From assembly GCA_051382295.1 (NCBI GenBank), contig JBBCAW010000013.1:32001-96000 (forward strand): DNA of 64,000 nt, read 5' to 3'. The position numbers and the translations under genes are program-made. The stretch comes from Bdellovibrionota bacterium FG-1. Lineage in GTDB: Bacteria; Bdellovibrionota; UBA1018. Under the pieces are notes generated by a model that saw only the letters and a list, made by a program, of their open reading frames with translations, did no database searches and had not been told where the DNA came from. This document shows, piece by piece, positions 26,520 to 36,548 of the stretch. Position 1 is the first letter of the stretch, and every line of letters begins with the position of its first letter.

Positions 26520-28682
26520 TCATTTCGAGGCAAAAAGGCTACGCGAGATCTTCATCCCCTTGGCCTCCATCTCCTCAACAAACTTAGGAATAAACCCCGT
26601 TGGAACATAACGACCGATCACCTTGCGTTTTTTATCTAACCCCTCTTGCTTATAGATGAAAATATCCTGCAAACTGATCACCTCTCCCTGCATCCCCGTC
26701 ACCTCAGTAATATAGGTGACTCGTCGCGAGCCATCCACCAGACGACTTTGCTGAATCACAATACCCACAGCGGACGCGATCGTCTCCCGAATGGCCTTAA
26801 TGGGAATAGGAAGACCCGACTGCATGACCAGCGACTCACAGCGGGACAGAGCCTCGCGAGGATTGTTCGCATGAAGGGTCGTCAACGACCCCGAATGCCC
26901 AGTATTCATCGCCTGAAGCATGTCAAAGGTTTCGCCTCCGCGACACTCCCCAACCACGATTCGATCGGGACGCATTCGCAGGCAGCATTTAATTAAATCC
27001 CGAATGGTGACCTCGCCTTCGCCCTCGATGTTTTTGGGGCGGGTCTCGAGCCTCACGACATGTTCCTGGCCAAGTTGCAATTCGGCCGAATCTTCGACCG
27101 TAATAATTCGTTCCGATGCCGGAATAAAATTCGACAACACATTCAACAACGTCGTTTTACCTGAACCGGTGCCGCCCGATACAATAATATTAAGCTTAGC
27201 TTCCACACAGGCGCGCAGAAAATCCGAAATTTCTTCAGTCATCGAACCAAAAGCGACCAGATCCTTTTCGGTAATGCGTTTTTTTGGAAATTTTCGAATG
27301 GTAATCGTCGGTCCCCGCAAAGCGAGCGGCGGAATAATAATGTGCACGCGTGAACCATCCTGAAGTCGTGCATCCACAAACGGAACCTTTTCGTCCACCC
27401 GCCGGCCTAAGGGGGTCACAATACGCTCAATGACATTCATCATCTGCTGTTCGGATGAAAACGTCACTTTAGACATTGTGTTTTTACCGGATTTTTCCAC
27501 GTAAATTTGATCACGCGCATTAACCATGATTTCCGTGACCGTCTCATCGGCCAGCAAATCCTCCAAGGGGCCTAAACCCAAGGCCTCATCGAGCACTTCT
27601 TTGACCATTTGGGCTTTGAGTTCCCGCGTCGTCAGGAGACTTCCGGTATCCTCCGTATTCAAAATATCCAAAATTCCTTTTTGGGTTTTTTCACGCAAAA
27701 TCGCACGCTGACGCGTATCGCTCGTGTCCGTGGACATTTTTTTGAGGTCCATTTGCTCGACCAAGGCACGATGCAAACGGAGCTTCATCGCGGTCCAGGG
27801 GTCTAAAACCGCGGTAGCACTTCGCCCTCCAGGGCCAGACCCCGGAGCACCGGGAGAGGCGCCCTCTCCACCGACCTGAGTTGCACCTGCGGCCTTCGCT
27901 ACCACTCCCGTGGGTTTTTTGAGTTTAGCCAGGGTCTCAAGCAGATTCGTTTGTTGAATCTTTCGAACAATATCGTGATAGGCGCGAGAAATAGGCGTAT
28001 TAGCAGCCCCCAAGCAAAGTGGATTACTTCGGGCGAGCGAACCATCACAAGTCGCTACATCCTCTGGGATGGCCGCAAAGATCAGTCGATTCAGATTTTT
28101 TTGAATCATCTGTGGATTGATAATATTATTAGCTGAGTAACGATTAACGACAATTTGCACCATCTCCGGTGGAAACAGAAGCTCCTGTACCTTCGCTAAA
28201 ACGCGCTTGGTCTGGTTAAGAACAATGACGTCGGCCGTAGTCACGACAAAAATAGCCGTTGCAAATTCGAGTGTTTTCAAAGCCCATGGCTCCGCCCCAT
28301 TTCCACAATCGACCACAATGAAATTAAAAACGTTAGTGATCGCCTTCATAAATCGGCCAATTCCATCAACATCCAAGTCGCGGGCCATGATGGCATCACG
28401 GGGGGCCGCAATATAGCTATAGCCCGCTTGAGCATTCACCATAAACGGTGCGAGAGTCTTTGGATCAATCGGACCGCTTTGCAACTTTGAGACATCCACA
28501 ATACTCTTGGGTGGGTTTTGCCCCAAAATGATATTTTGGTCTCCCAGACTTGCCATATCGAGATCCACAATCAATGGTCGCTGTTTAAACTCCTGAAGGT
28601 AGGCAATCGCCAGATTGGCGGCAAAAACACTTTTGCCAACCCCGCCCTTTCCGCCTACCACTGCAATGATATGTCCGGCCAT
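26520..28682 (-). CDS. tadA: Fusion of CpaE/TadZ (MinD/ParA-like) domain and CpaF/TadA assembly ATPase
   Basis: N-terminal deviant Walker A GKGGVGKS; C-terminal LGPLEDLLAD, GGTGSGKTT, LRMRPDRIVVGECRG, MNTGHSGS. Confidence 0.92.
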   Translation of the reverse strand: MAGHIIAVVGGKGGVGKSVFAANLAIAYLQEFKQRPLIVDLDMASLGDQNIILGQNPPKSIVDVSKLQSGPIDPKTLAPFMVNAQAGYSYIAAPRDAIMARDLDVDGIGRFMKAITNVFNFIVVDCGNGAEPWALKTLEFATAIFVVTTADVIVLNQTKRVLAKVQELLFPPEMVQIVVNRYSANNIINPQMIQKNLNRLIFAAIPEDVATCDGSLARSNPLCLGAANTPISRAYHDIVRKIQQTNLLETLAKLKKPTGVVAKAAGATQVGGEGASPGAPGSGPGGRSATAVLDPWTAMKLRLHRALVEQMDLKKMSTDTSDTRQRAILREKTQKGILDILNTEDTGSLLTTRELKAQMVKEVLDEALGLGPLEDLLADETVTEIMVNARDQIYVEKSGKNTMSKVTFSSEQQMMNVIERIVTPLGRRVDEKVPFVDARLQDGSRVHIIIPPLALRGPTITIRKFPKKRITEKDLVAFGSMTEEISDFLRACVEAKLNIIVSGGTGSGKTTLLNVLSNFIPASERIITVEDSAELQLGQEHVVRLETRPKNIEGEGEVTIRDLIKCCLRMRPDRIVVGECRGGETFDMLQAMNTGHSGSLTTLHANNPREALSRCESLVMQSGLPIPIKAIRETIASAVGIVIQQSRLVDGSRRVTYITEVTGMQGEVISLQDIFIYKQEGLDKKRKVIGRYVPTGFIPKFVEEMEAKGMKISRSLFASK

Positions 28683-28684
28683 GA

Positions 28685-30322
28685 TTACTTCACCTTCACT
28701 CTAAAGTTTTTCTTGAGATCTTCGGTCCCTTCGGAGGCATTTTCGACAATCTGAGGGGTTACAAAAATCACGAATTGCGACTTCTTCTTATGGTAATTTT
28801 TAGTGCGCATGAGCGTAAACAGAGGGTCGGTACCCGCATCAAACTGGCCACCTTTGGGGTCGTCTTTATTGAAATCCGTGCCAACGTCTGCTGAAGTCAG
28901 CCCCGCCACCGCCGCGCTCTCACCCGACTTAACATAGAGTTTAGTTTCAACTTTGTGGGACGAAGTCATCGGCGCCGTTCCGGCGGGTTGCCGGCCCACG
29001 ACGTTGGTCTGGTTCATTTTGAGATCCATCGAGATATCCTCGCTCTGTCCGAGAATCTGTGGGGTCACCGCGACCTCAAGCCCCACCTTGGCACTACTGG
29101 CCGCCACCTGGCCATTGCCCGCCTGCACGCCAAAGGGAATATCGGTTTGTTCAACCAAGGTAGCGGGATCACCGCTCTTAACGATCACCGTGCCGGTTTT
29201 AAGAATTCGAGCATAGCCCGATTTCTGCAAGGACTCCAAATGAGGAATTAAACTCGAAATCGTCGCCGTCAAGGACATCCCACTAGCCCCGGCGCCGCCC
29301 TGAGGATTTTGACCGATTGAAATCGATGGGTCAGCCGTAAAACCGGGTTGCCATTTAAAACCAAAAGTCTTGAGGTAATCTTTCGAGAGTTCAACAAAGT
29401 GGACAGTCACGCGCACGAGCTTGACCTGTTTTTTTGCAGGTGGGGGGTTGATCACAATAAAGTTTTGAACCACCGGGCGAGGCGGCGCGCGTTGGGCTGC
29501 CTGATCCTTTTCGATCAGCGGCGCCGGCCTGACTTCGGGCAAATAAAGCGTTGCAATTTTAGCAGCACGATCCGCCTGGTCACGATTATCGACTTGGCCT
29601 TCGAGAAAAATCAGCCCATTCACCACACGAGTTCGCACGTTGGGCGCGAAGGTATTGATGTCCTCCTGCATTTTTTTAGCCAAAACTTGAAGAGCGAGGG
29701 GAGAAAGTGTCGTCAAATTGATGATGTAATCGGCGTAGGTTTTATCGGAAATGACCGTATAGACGCGCCCGTAATCAGCCGGAACTAAGACCTCACCTTC
29801 GACGACCACCTTAGGACCCACAATCCGAATATCCAAGCCTTCGATGTCTCGCAACAAACTTCTCACTTCGCCCGCCACCCGAAGCAGGTTAGATCCCGTC
29901 ACCCGAACCATAAAAATCAGGCGCAAGGTCCCATCGACATCTCGAAGCGTCACAGTCGTCTCGCCGGCTTTAAGTGGCTTAAAAACAATTTGGCGTTTAT
30001 CACCCATTTTAACCAAAGTGGTGGTCGCAATCAGCGGATTTCCGATTGCGATACCATTGCCTCCGGCGTTGACTTCAAAATCCAAATCAACCGCGCGATC
30101 CTCACCCGTGGTCAGCAATAGGCGCCGATGGTCAGCGGCCGCTTCGGATTCATCGCTAGTCAAACGTGAGCGCTGATGTTTGCGCTTTTTCTTAACCGGC
30201 GGGGCGGCATCCTCGGCAGGAGGTTCGGCCGCTCGAGAGACAATAGTCTTCCCTCCTCGAATCTCATCCGAGACCCAAACCAGCACCAACGCAGCAATCA
30301 GAGAAGTCCATTTCACGTTCAT
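28685..30322 (-). CDS. rcpA: Tad secretin (RcpA/CpaC) with BON-like domains
   Basis: Pilus-N domain (KAGETTVTL), VRVTVHFVELSK, GLEVAVTPQI, FVIFVTPQIV. Confidence 0.85.
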   Translation of the reverse strand: MNVKWTSLIAALVLVWVSDEIRGGKTIVSRAAEPPAEDAAPPVKKKRKHQRSRLTSDESEAAADHRRLLLTTGEDRAVDLDFEVNAGGNGIAIGNPLIATTTLVKMGDKRQIVFKPLKAGETTVTLRDVDGTLRLIFMVRVTGSNLLRVAGEVRSLLRDIEGLDIRIVGPKVVVEGEVLVPADYGRVYTVISDKTYADYIINLTTLSPLALQVLAKKMQEDINTFAPNVRTRVVNGLIFLEGQVDNRDQADRAAKIATLYLPEVRPAPLIEKDQAAQRAPPRPVVQNFIVINPPPAKKQVKLVRVTVHFVELSKDYLKTFGFKWQPGFTADPSISIGQNPQGGAGASGMSLTATISSLIPHLESLQKSGYARILKTGTVIVKSGDPATLVEQTDIPFGVQAGNGQVAASSAKVGLEVAVTPQILGQSEDISMDLKMNQTNVVGRQPAGTAPMTSSHKVETKLYVKSGESAAVAGLTSADVGTDFNKDDPKGGQFDAGTDPLFTLMRTKNYHKKKSQFVIFVTPQIVENASEGTEDLKKNFRVKVK

Positions 30323-31152
30323 CGTTTATTTGCGGGCATCCTTACCCTACCGGCATCAGTGCCAAGTACGTCGCTAAAAACCGTTGAGTTTACATTCGTC
30401 CGTTCAGTGTCGTCATTGTTTCGCAATGAGAGCGATAAGCTATTGTCTCCGTTACTGAGCACTAAAGCTAGTGATTGCGCTTGCTCAGGAGTAACTTCGA
30501 GAGTCACTGAGGCAAAACTGGTATCCTCCGCCAGCGATCGGATTTTGTCTTTACCGCCAAAAGCATCCGCTTCCAGGAGTCGGGGTGAGTTGTTCGTCAC
30601 GCTTTTGCCGGTCGATAAAACCACGACGTCCTGAAGGACCGTTTTCGCCACCTTGTTTTCCTTGCCAGCCCCCATATCCAAAACCGCAATCAAATCCACG
30701 CGATCCCCCGGCTTAACCAACTTGGCGACGCCACTCACCTCAGTCACGGGAACGGCAAAAGCCCGACGCCCCGGAGTCACCTGAGGCGCTAAACCTGTCC
30801 GAATGCCGGGTTCTGTAATTTTATTTCGAGCAATTTGCTCACCTTTCAAAATAGGAACCGCCGCGATTGCTCCAATAACTGATTTGCGATCGCGAATCAC
30901 ATCGGGGGTCACTTCTTTGGTGTCCCAGTAGATCGAGGCAGGATCCAAAAATCTCTTTGGAATGAGAACCGTATCCAGCATCGTTTCGTTGATGGTGTCC
31001 ATTTCCTTGATGTTTTGCTTAGCCCGCAAAACAAGAACCTCGGTACCAAACTTTTTCTTAGCCTCATCCTCGATGCTTCCAACGTAGCTTTGGACAAAAA
31101 ACAGCGCAATGAACGCCATCACTATTGAAAGGGTTAGTGCTCGATTATTCAT
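30319..31152 (-). CDS. cpaB: Flp pilus assembly protein CpaB/RcpC
   Basis: SAF domain; PGRRAFAV, VKPGDRVDLI, VLQDVVVL, VTLEVTPEQAQ, LSLRN. Confidence 0.92.
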   Translation of the reverse strand: MNNRALTLSIVMAFIALFFVQSYVGSIEDEAKKKFGTEVLVLRAKQNIKEMDTINETMLDTVLIPKRFLDPASIYWDTKEVTPDVIRDRKSVIGAIAAVPILKGEQIARNKITEPGIRTGLAPQVTPGRRAFAVPVTEVSGVAKLVKPGDRVDLIAVLDMGAGKENKVAKTVLQDVVVLSTGKSVTNNSPRLLEADAFGGKDKIRSLAEDTSFASVTLEVTPEQAQSLALVLSNGDNSLSLSLRNNDDTERTNVNSTVFSDVLGTDAGRVRMPANKR

Positions 31153-31724
31153 GAATCACCTCCCCCCGTCTCGTAAGACATGGGGCTTGAACAGTAATCA
31201 AATTGGTGAGGATCTTCTATCAACTTATAGTTTCCAGCCGGACTGACCGCATTCTTCCCGATGGATTTGACATCCAAAATCGGCGTCATCCCCCCCCCAG
31301 TTTTAATTAAATTCGATTGCGTACAGAGTGTCACCGTATCCCGAATGCGCACCAAGGTCCGCTCGCGAGGCTCCGCCTTTTCTTCACCCGCCGGACTCCC
31401 TTTTTTCCGCGCGATCAGATAGGTTGCAGCCTTAGGGTTGTACTCGCCTGCCGTGGCTTGATTTTCGGAAACCCCGATCACCATTTGGTTATATTGTTTG
31501 GCCGTCAAATGACCCTCTTTAAGATCATGAGCGGGATAAACAGGGCTATTAAAAGTCAACCAAAGCGCCTGAGCCCTCGCATACTGCTGATTATTAATCG
31601 AAATCTGAATGGTGGTATTAATTTTCACCAAAATGACAACTAGGCCCACCATCATCGGGAGCATCAGCAAGAACTCGAGCACACTCTGACCTTGGTCGTC
31701 GGCGAGTTCAACAGCCGTTGTCAT
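31149..31724 (-). CDS. TadE-like pseudopilin
   Basis: DDQG-QSVLEF prepilin motif plus hydrophobic helix. Confidence 0.75.
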   Translation of the reverse strand: MTTAVELADDQGQSVLEFLLMLPMMVGLVVILVKINTTIQISINNQQYARAQALWLTFNSPVYPAHDLKEGHLTAKQYNQMVIGVSENQATAGEYNPKAATYLIARKKGSPAGEEKAEPRERTLVRIRDTVTLCTQSNLIKTGGGMTPILDVKSIGKNAVSPAGNYKLIEDPHQFDYCSSPMSYETGGGDS

Positions 31725-32268
31725 AAATCCTTCCTTTCATCTGAATCAAACAGTCCATAGTAGAAGGTTCCCGCCCCAGCCAACTTTCGGACTTCAGGGT
31801 AATTGAGCTAGCGCCTCCCTTTTGCTGTTTTCTGCCCATGGGGAGCAAAAATAGACGGCTCTTAAATGCATATCGGACTCCCTGCATCCAACTTGAACCC
31901 GGATCAGTTTCTTTAAATTGTTCGGGCTCGGAAATCGAAGCGCCCGTCAAAGTTCCATCACCCCCCTCACCCTTAGCGATGGAAGGAAACCGATCCATAT
32001 TGCCTGATGGTTTTTTAAGCATCCGAGTCAACACAGCCTGTGCCCGTTCAGCCTGATCCGACTTTGAATGCCCTGCCGAAAGATAGGCCCGCGCCGCCAT
32101 AAAAGTGGCGTAATGAGCATAATTTCCAAACGCCATGACTAACGAAAGCTGAATATAAAAAAGCACGAAGCCCAACAAGAGCACCAAAGTCAACGCGAAC
32201 TCAATGGTCGATTGCCCCTGTTCGCCCAACCTTTTTCGGTTTTTATACAGCCCCCAAAAACGCATCAT
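31708..32268 (-). CDS. TadE-like pseudopilin
   Basis: EQG-QSTIEFAL plus TM helix and ATFMAAR. Confidence 0.8.
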   Translation of the reverse strand: MMRFWGLYKNRKRLGEQGQSTIEFALTLVLLLGFVLFYIQLSLVMAFGNYAHYATFMAARAYLSAGHSKSDQAERAQAVLTRMLKKPSGNMDRFPSIAKGEGGDGTLTGASISEPEQFKETDPGSSWMQGVRYAFKSRLFLLPMGRKQQKGGASSITLKSESWLGREPSTMDCLIQMKGRIYDNGC

Positions 32269-32543
32269 TTAAACCTCGGATTGATAAAAACCCTAAAACA
32301 TTCTTCGCATCCTTGAATTCTGGGATGCCGCTTGGGTGTTCCATCATCAAACCCCTGGGCTTTGGGATCACCATATTGATAGGCCCTCGCAAAGTCCGTC
32401 GTAATTGGCTTAGTCATCTTGTCCATAAAACCAAACCGGTTCATCCATCCCACCAACGCCACATAAATCATCACCACGACGCTCAAAAGCAAAATATACT
32501 CGATGACGGCCTGGCCACTTTCGTCGGAATTTATTAGGGCCAT
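32265..32543 (-). CDS. Flp-like minor pilin with C-terminal CxxC
   Basis: DESG-QAVIEYILLL; CEEC near the end. Confidence 0.75.
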   Translation of the reverse strand: MALINSDESGQAVIEYILLLSVVVMIYVALVGWMNRFGFMDKMTKPITTDFARAYQYGDPKAQGFDDGTPKRHPRIQGCEECFRVFINPRFK

Positions 32544-33085
32544 GGCCGAAACCCCCAACTTAAAAGTGGGTGAGAATAGGCCGACCAAACTGCGGCGATC
32601 CCGATAGGCACGCCAAACGGCATCGTAAACTTGCGATCGACCTGTGGCATCTCTAACTCGAGTTCGCGCACAAATAACGTCAGCAAAAATCGCATCATCC
32701 TCCGAGCGAAGTTAACAAAACGCCCCGTCACAATCAGGAGTCCAAGGGCCATGACTCCGCCTAGTAATAGGCCCAGAATGGCTACCTCTTGCGCGTAATG
32801 AAGCCCACCCCACGCGCCCAGCGCCATAAGCCATTTGACATCACCCCCGCCCATAATTCCGAGAGCAAACATCCAGCCGTAAAAAAACAGCCCGCCGGTC
32901 GCGCCGAGCAATGAATCGCCCAGCCCGCCCCATCCGGCCAGCCAGGCCGAAACCGCGAGCCCCAGCAACAACGCCGGAACCGTTTGCCAATTATAAATTC
33001 GCCCACGCGCGAGATCGGTCGCGGCCGCAAACGCCGAAAGCACGGACACCACCGGAAAAAGAAGCTCAGTTTTCCCAAATACCAA
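32534..33085 (-). CDS. cpaA: Prepilin peptidase (A24 family, CpaA/TadV)
   Basis: TDLARGRIYN, MGGGDVK, MPFGVPI. Confidence 0.9.
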   Translation of the reverse strand: MVFGKTELLFPVVSVLSAFAAATDLARGRIYNWQTVPALLLGLAVSAWLAGWGGLGDSLLGATGGLFFYGWMFALGIMGGGDVKWLMALGAWGGLHYAQEVAILGLLLGGVMALGLLIVTGRFVNFARRMMRFLLTLFVRELELEMPQVDRKFTMPFGVPIGIAAVWSAYSHPLLSWGFRPWP

Positions 33086-33302
33086 CTGGCGCCCTCCCCG
33101 TTTTCAGATCTTTTTCGAGCTGACCTCCGAGCCTTTTAATCCCGTTATCTAATGTCTGTAAAATAAGACGAGACAAAGCCCCCGCTGCTACCACGGCCAC
33201 CGAGAGCAATAAGATATACTCCACCGTGCCTTGAGCGCGATCGTCCCGAAGGAAAGAAATAAAAAATTGAATAACAACTGTGAACTGAGACTTCCCCATC
33301 AA
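33066..33302 (-). CDS. Flp-like pilin
   Basis: DDRA-QGTVEYILLL plus TM helix; start may lie a few codons downstream. Confidence 0.75.
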   Translation of the reverse strand: MMGKSQFTVVIQFFISFLRDDRAQGTVEYILLLSVAVVAAGALSRLILQTLDNGIKRLGGQLEKDLKTGRAPVGIWEN

Positions 33303-33351
33303 CTAACCATGATAAACGAAAATTCGTCAAATAGAGACCGGCAAGAATTGC

Positions 33352-33540
33352 TTAGTTATTGCTCATCCCAGTATCAATTTCGCCACTGACCTTATCGACC
33401 ATTCCTTCGATTTTTTTACCAATGGAGGTCTTAAACTTCATCGCGATCATCACCACAACCGACAAAATCAAAATGTATTCAGTCGTGGATTGACCCCGAT
33501 CATCTCTCCAGAGCTGTTTTAGTAAAGTTTTTACATTCAT
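33352..33540 (-). CDS. flp: Flp family type IVb major pilin
   Basis: 62 aa; LWRDDRG-QSTTEYILIL; AAGGAA RBS. Confidence 0.88.
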   Translation of the reverse strand: MNVKTLLKQLWRDDRGQSTTEYILILSVVVMIAMKFKTSIGKKIEGMVDKVSGEIDTGMSNN

Positions 33541-33591
33541 AAGACTTTCCTTCTTCTTTTTATTATGATTATCTTGACTTATTTAGTCAAT

Positions 33592-34335
33592 TTAAAAAAT
33601 AACCAATAAAACCGACGTGTTATCGATATACTCCCTCTGACCCAACAGAACGAGGACCCGTTCCGAGGCTTCTTCCGTACTGAGCTCCCCCCCCTGCTCC
33701 CGGGCAAGTTCACTACGCAGGGCAAGAGGTAATCCATCCGTTTGAAAAACCACCCAATCACCCTTCCGGACACGATATTCAAAAATTTCCGGCTCCAACT
33801 GTTCCGCGAGCCCCAACGCCATAAGCGGGATTTGATGATCTTCCCTGTGCTCCGTCAAAAACGGATCGCAGAGCCGCCCGTAGGTCCGAGGAATCACCAA
33901 ATCGACAATCTTGCCCTGCCTCATCAACCAACCCGTGCACGCCCCCACATTGGCCAATGCGAGCAAATCACCATCCAGATATCCTGCGAGAACGGAGGCC
34001 CCCCCTCGTTCATGAATTCCCTTCTGATGATTGAGCGACTTCACTTTACGATTGGCGTGAATCAAAGCATTAAAAAGTACATTACCCGCGAGCGAATAAT
34101 ACGACCGCAATTCAAAAGGCAAAGTCGCATCCAGATCACCAGCCTCTTTAATCAAAAAACCCTTAATCGCCTCGCAAGCCGTCTGTGCGGCAGTACTCCC
34201 GGGCAAAGGCCCCCCAAAGCCGTCCGCGACGACAAAGATGCCTTTATCCTGAATGCTCAACAAATGGTCTTCCTGGGCCGGCCGCCTCCCCTTGCTCGAA
34301 AATGTTACGACACCCCGAATTTTGGGAAGGCTCAT
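33592..34335 (-). CDS. PP2C/PPM family phosphatase-like protein
   Basis: GRRPAQED, FVVADGFGG, QTDGL, DNTS motifs; NVGACT in place of NVGDSR. Confidence 0.8.
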   Translation of the reverse strand: MSLPKIRGVVTFSSKGRRPAQEDHLLSIQDKGIFVVADGFGGPLPGSTAAQTACEAIKGFLIKEAGDLDATLPFELRSYYSLAGNVLFNALIHANRKVKSLNHQKGIHERGGASVLAGYLDGDLLALANVGACTGWLMRQGKIVDLVIPRTYGRLCDPFLTEHREDHQIPLMALGLAEQLEPEIFEYRVRKGDWVVFQTDGLPLALRSELAREQGGELSTEEASERVLVLLGQREYIDNTSVLLVIF

Positions 34336-36548
34336 GGCCCAACCCCCTCATCTTTAAAAACTTTGAAATAGCGAGCCAACTTGCGAGTCGCGCGGTCGTG
34401 ATAAATGTCCTCAGTTGGAGCCACTTCCAGGCATTCCTGAAATTTCTTCTTGGCCGTCGTAAAATCACTGTAACTTTCCGCGAGAACCGCCTCGGTATAA
34501 ATCGCTTTGGCCCGATTATGTAAGATCCCGCGAATCCGCTCCATTCCCCTATAGCCAGCCGGGTGAGGCGGATCTACCTGCGTGGCCTTTTTATACAATG
34601 CAAAGGCCTGAGGAAATTCGCCGGCATCTTCAGACTGCTTGGCCTTCACTAATAAGGGATCGCGCCGATTTTTGATCGCCGCCCGGCAGGCTCCTATTTC
34701 CTTACCTGCCAGCGCGATGACCCTTTTATCCGATGCGCCGATATCAGCCACTTTTCCAAAAGCCTCAATCGCGGTGTGAAACTTTCCCGTTTTCTTCAGG
34801 CTCAAGGCCTCCTTGAACATTTCCCAGGCGCGTTGATTAATTTCCCCTTGAATCCGCTTGGTATCTTCATCCAGTCTCTTGCGCTCTTCAAAATCCTCAA
34901 TCTCTTTTTTCCACACCGTGATCTGTTGATTGTCAGGATCTAAGATGCTGACCTGGGCAAACAGCTCCCGTGCCTGCTCATACTGCTTTTTATCCATCCG
35001 CTCCTTGCATTCCTCGAGCAGCGACTGAACCTTGGTCTTGAGCTTGGCTTCTTCTTCTTTCTTGTGTTTTTCGTCTTCTAACGCTTCGAGTTTGCGTTTT
35101 CCTTCCTTAGCAAAACGCTGGATATCGCGCGCGTCTTTATAATCCGGAATCAGAGTCCAAATTTTTTCAAGTTCATAAAGAGCCTTATCGTATTCCTTGT
35201 TTTTAAAGTATTCGAAAGCAAGGTTACGTTGGGCCTCCACGAACCTTTGCTTTTCCGGAGAAAGTGACTCAAAGGTCACCATCACCGGACTGTTCGAAGG
35301 TTTCGCGACGACTCCCGGCCTATTTGACTTCTTATTGGCTTTTTTTGTGCCGGCATCTTCATCGAGAAAGTCCAGTGCAAAATAGACTAACGCTGCGCAA
35401 ATGCCGCCGACGATCAATTTGTCTTTATTGGAAAGGGATTTCCAATTTTTTATTTTTGTAAAAAAATCCATTTTACCCGGATCAGATGGACCAATCCCAG
35501 TAATTCCAGGAATCGCGCCGGGCAAAGTACCTTGCGCGACACCCGCTGGCGAAAGCGTGGATGGAGCCCCCATAAAAGCGGGGTCAATCGGCACCGCATC
35601 GCTCATTAAATTTTCAGGTGCGACGGGAAACGCGACTTCCTCCAAGGGGTGCTCCTCGGAAACCGGGATAAATTGATTTTCTCGGGCCAGGTAGTCCGCG
35701 CTCACCACTTTGAAACGAAACTCGACCTCGCCGATTCGGATCAGATCATCCCCAGAAAGCTCCTGTTCGGAAACCCGAGAACCATTCACAAAAGTGCCGT
35801 TAGCTGACTCTAGATCTTTGATGGTAAAACTCAAGCCGGCCCGCCGAATGATTGCATTTTTTCGAGAGGATTTCTTGTCGTTCAGAACAATATCACAGCC
35901 CTTTCCGCGGCCGATCGACACCTCATCTTGGCTGAATTCATAATCCGCGACGTTTGCCATGCCGGGCGGAAACAAAAGCCGAACATTCACTTTAGCCGCC
36001 GGGGTTAACTTAGTTTTAGCATCGTCATCGGCCAGTTCCACCCGGGTGTGCGGCTCGAGTTCGACCGGTGCGGCTATCTGTTCAACCGATCCCTCCGCTG
36101 ACGCTAACGAGGAAAACGGATTTTTAGCCCCTGCATCTTCAATCGCGAGGCTCTCCCCAGCCAGCTCAGACTCGGAAGCCGGAGAATCCACCTCAATGGG
36201 AACCAAAGTCAACACGGGGCGCGCGGCCTCCGGAACCGGCGCTAAAACCGGTGACTTGGAGAGGGTCACTCGAAGTAGATAGGGACCGATTGAGATAATG
36301 TCGGCTTCTTTGACAATCGCGCGAGAGCACTCCGCGCCGTTAATCATCAACGGTGCAAACTCACTCTTTTTTTCGACCTGCACACCTCCCTCGACCACCT
36401 TAAAGACGGCATGCTCCCTGGAAATTGCCCGATCCTCAAGTCGAATGACGCATCCATCGGCGCGGCCAAGGACGGCTTCCCCTTCGATCGGACAGGTCCG
36501 AATCGTCTCACCATTTTTGAGAATAGTCAGCACGGCGACTGCGGCCAT
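34332..36548 (-). CDS. Double-FHA, single-TM, TPR-repeat protein
   Basis: LGR...ISREHA and IGR...SSRKNA...SANGTFVNG; TM LIVGGICAALVYFAL; helical TPR-like C-terminus. Confidence 0.85.
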   Translation of the reverse strand: MAAVAVLTILKNGETIRTCPIEGEAVLGRADGCVIRLEDRAISREHAVFKVVEGGVQVEKKSEFAPLMINGAECSRAIVKEADIISIGPYLLRVTLSKSPVLAPVPEAARPVLTLVPIEVDSPASESELAGESLAIEDAGAKNPFSSLASAEGSVEQIAAPVELEPHTRVELADDDAKTKLTPAAKVNVRLLFPPGMANVADYEFSQDEVSIGRGKGCDIVLNDKKSSRKNAIIRRAGLSFTIKDLESANGTFVNGSRVSEQELSGDDLIRIGEVEFRFKVVSADYLARENQFIPVSEEHPLEEVAFPVAPENLMSDAVPIDPAFMGAPSTLSPAGVAQGTLPGAIPGITGIGPSDPGKMDFFTKIKNWKSLSNKDKLIVGGICAALVYFALDFLDEDAGTKKANKKSNRPGVVAKPSNSPVMVTFESLSPEKQRFVEAQRNLAFEYFKNKEYDKALYELEKIWTLIPDYKDARDIQRFAKEGKRKLEALEDEKHKKEEEAKLKTKVQSLLEECKERMDKKQYEQARELFAQVSILDPDNQQITVWKKEIEDFEERKRLDEDTKRIQGEINQRAWEMFKEALSLKKTGKFHTAIEAFGKVADIGASDKRVIALAGKEIGACRAAIKNRRDPLLVKAKQSEDAGEFPQAFALYKKATQVDPPHPAGYRGMERIRGILHNRAKAIYTEAVLAESYSDFTTAKKKFQECLEVAPTEDIYHDRATRKLARYFKVFKDEGVGP

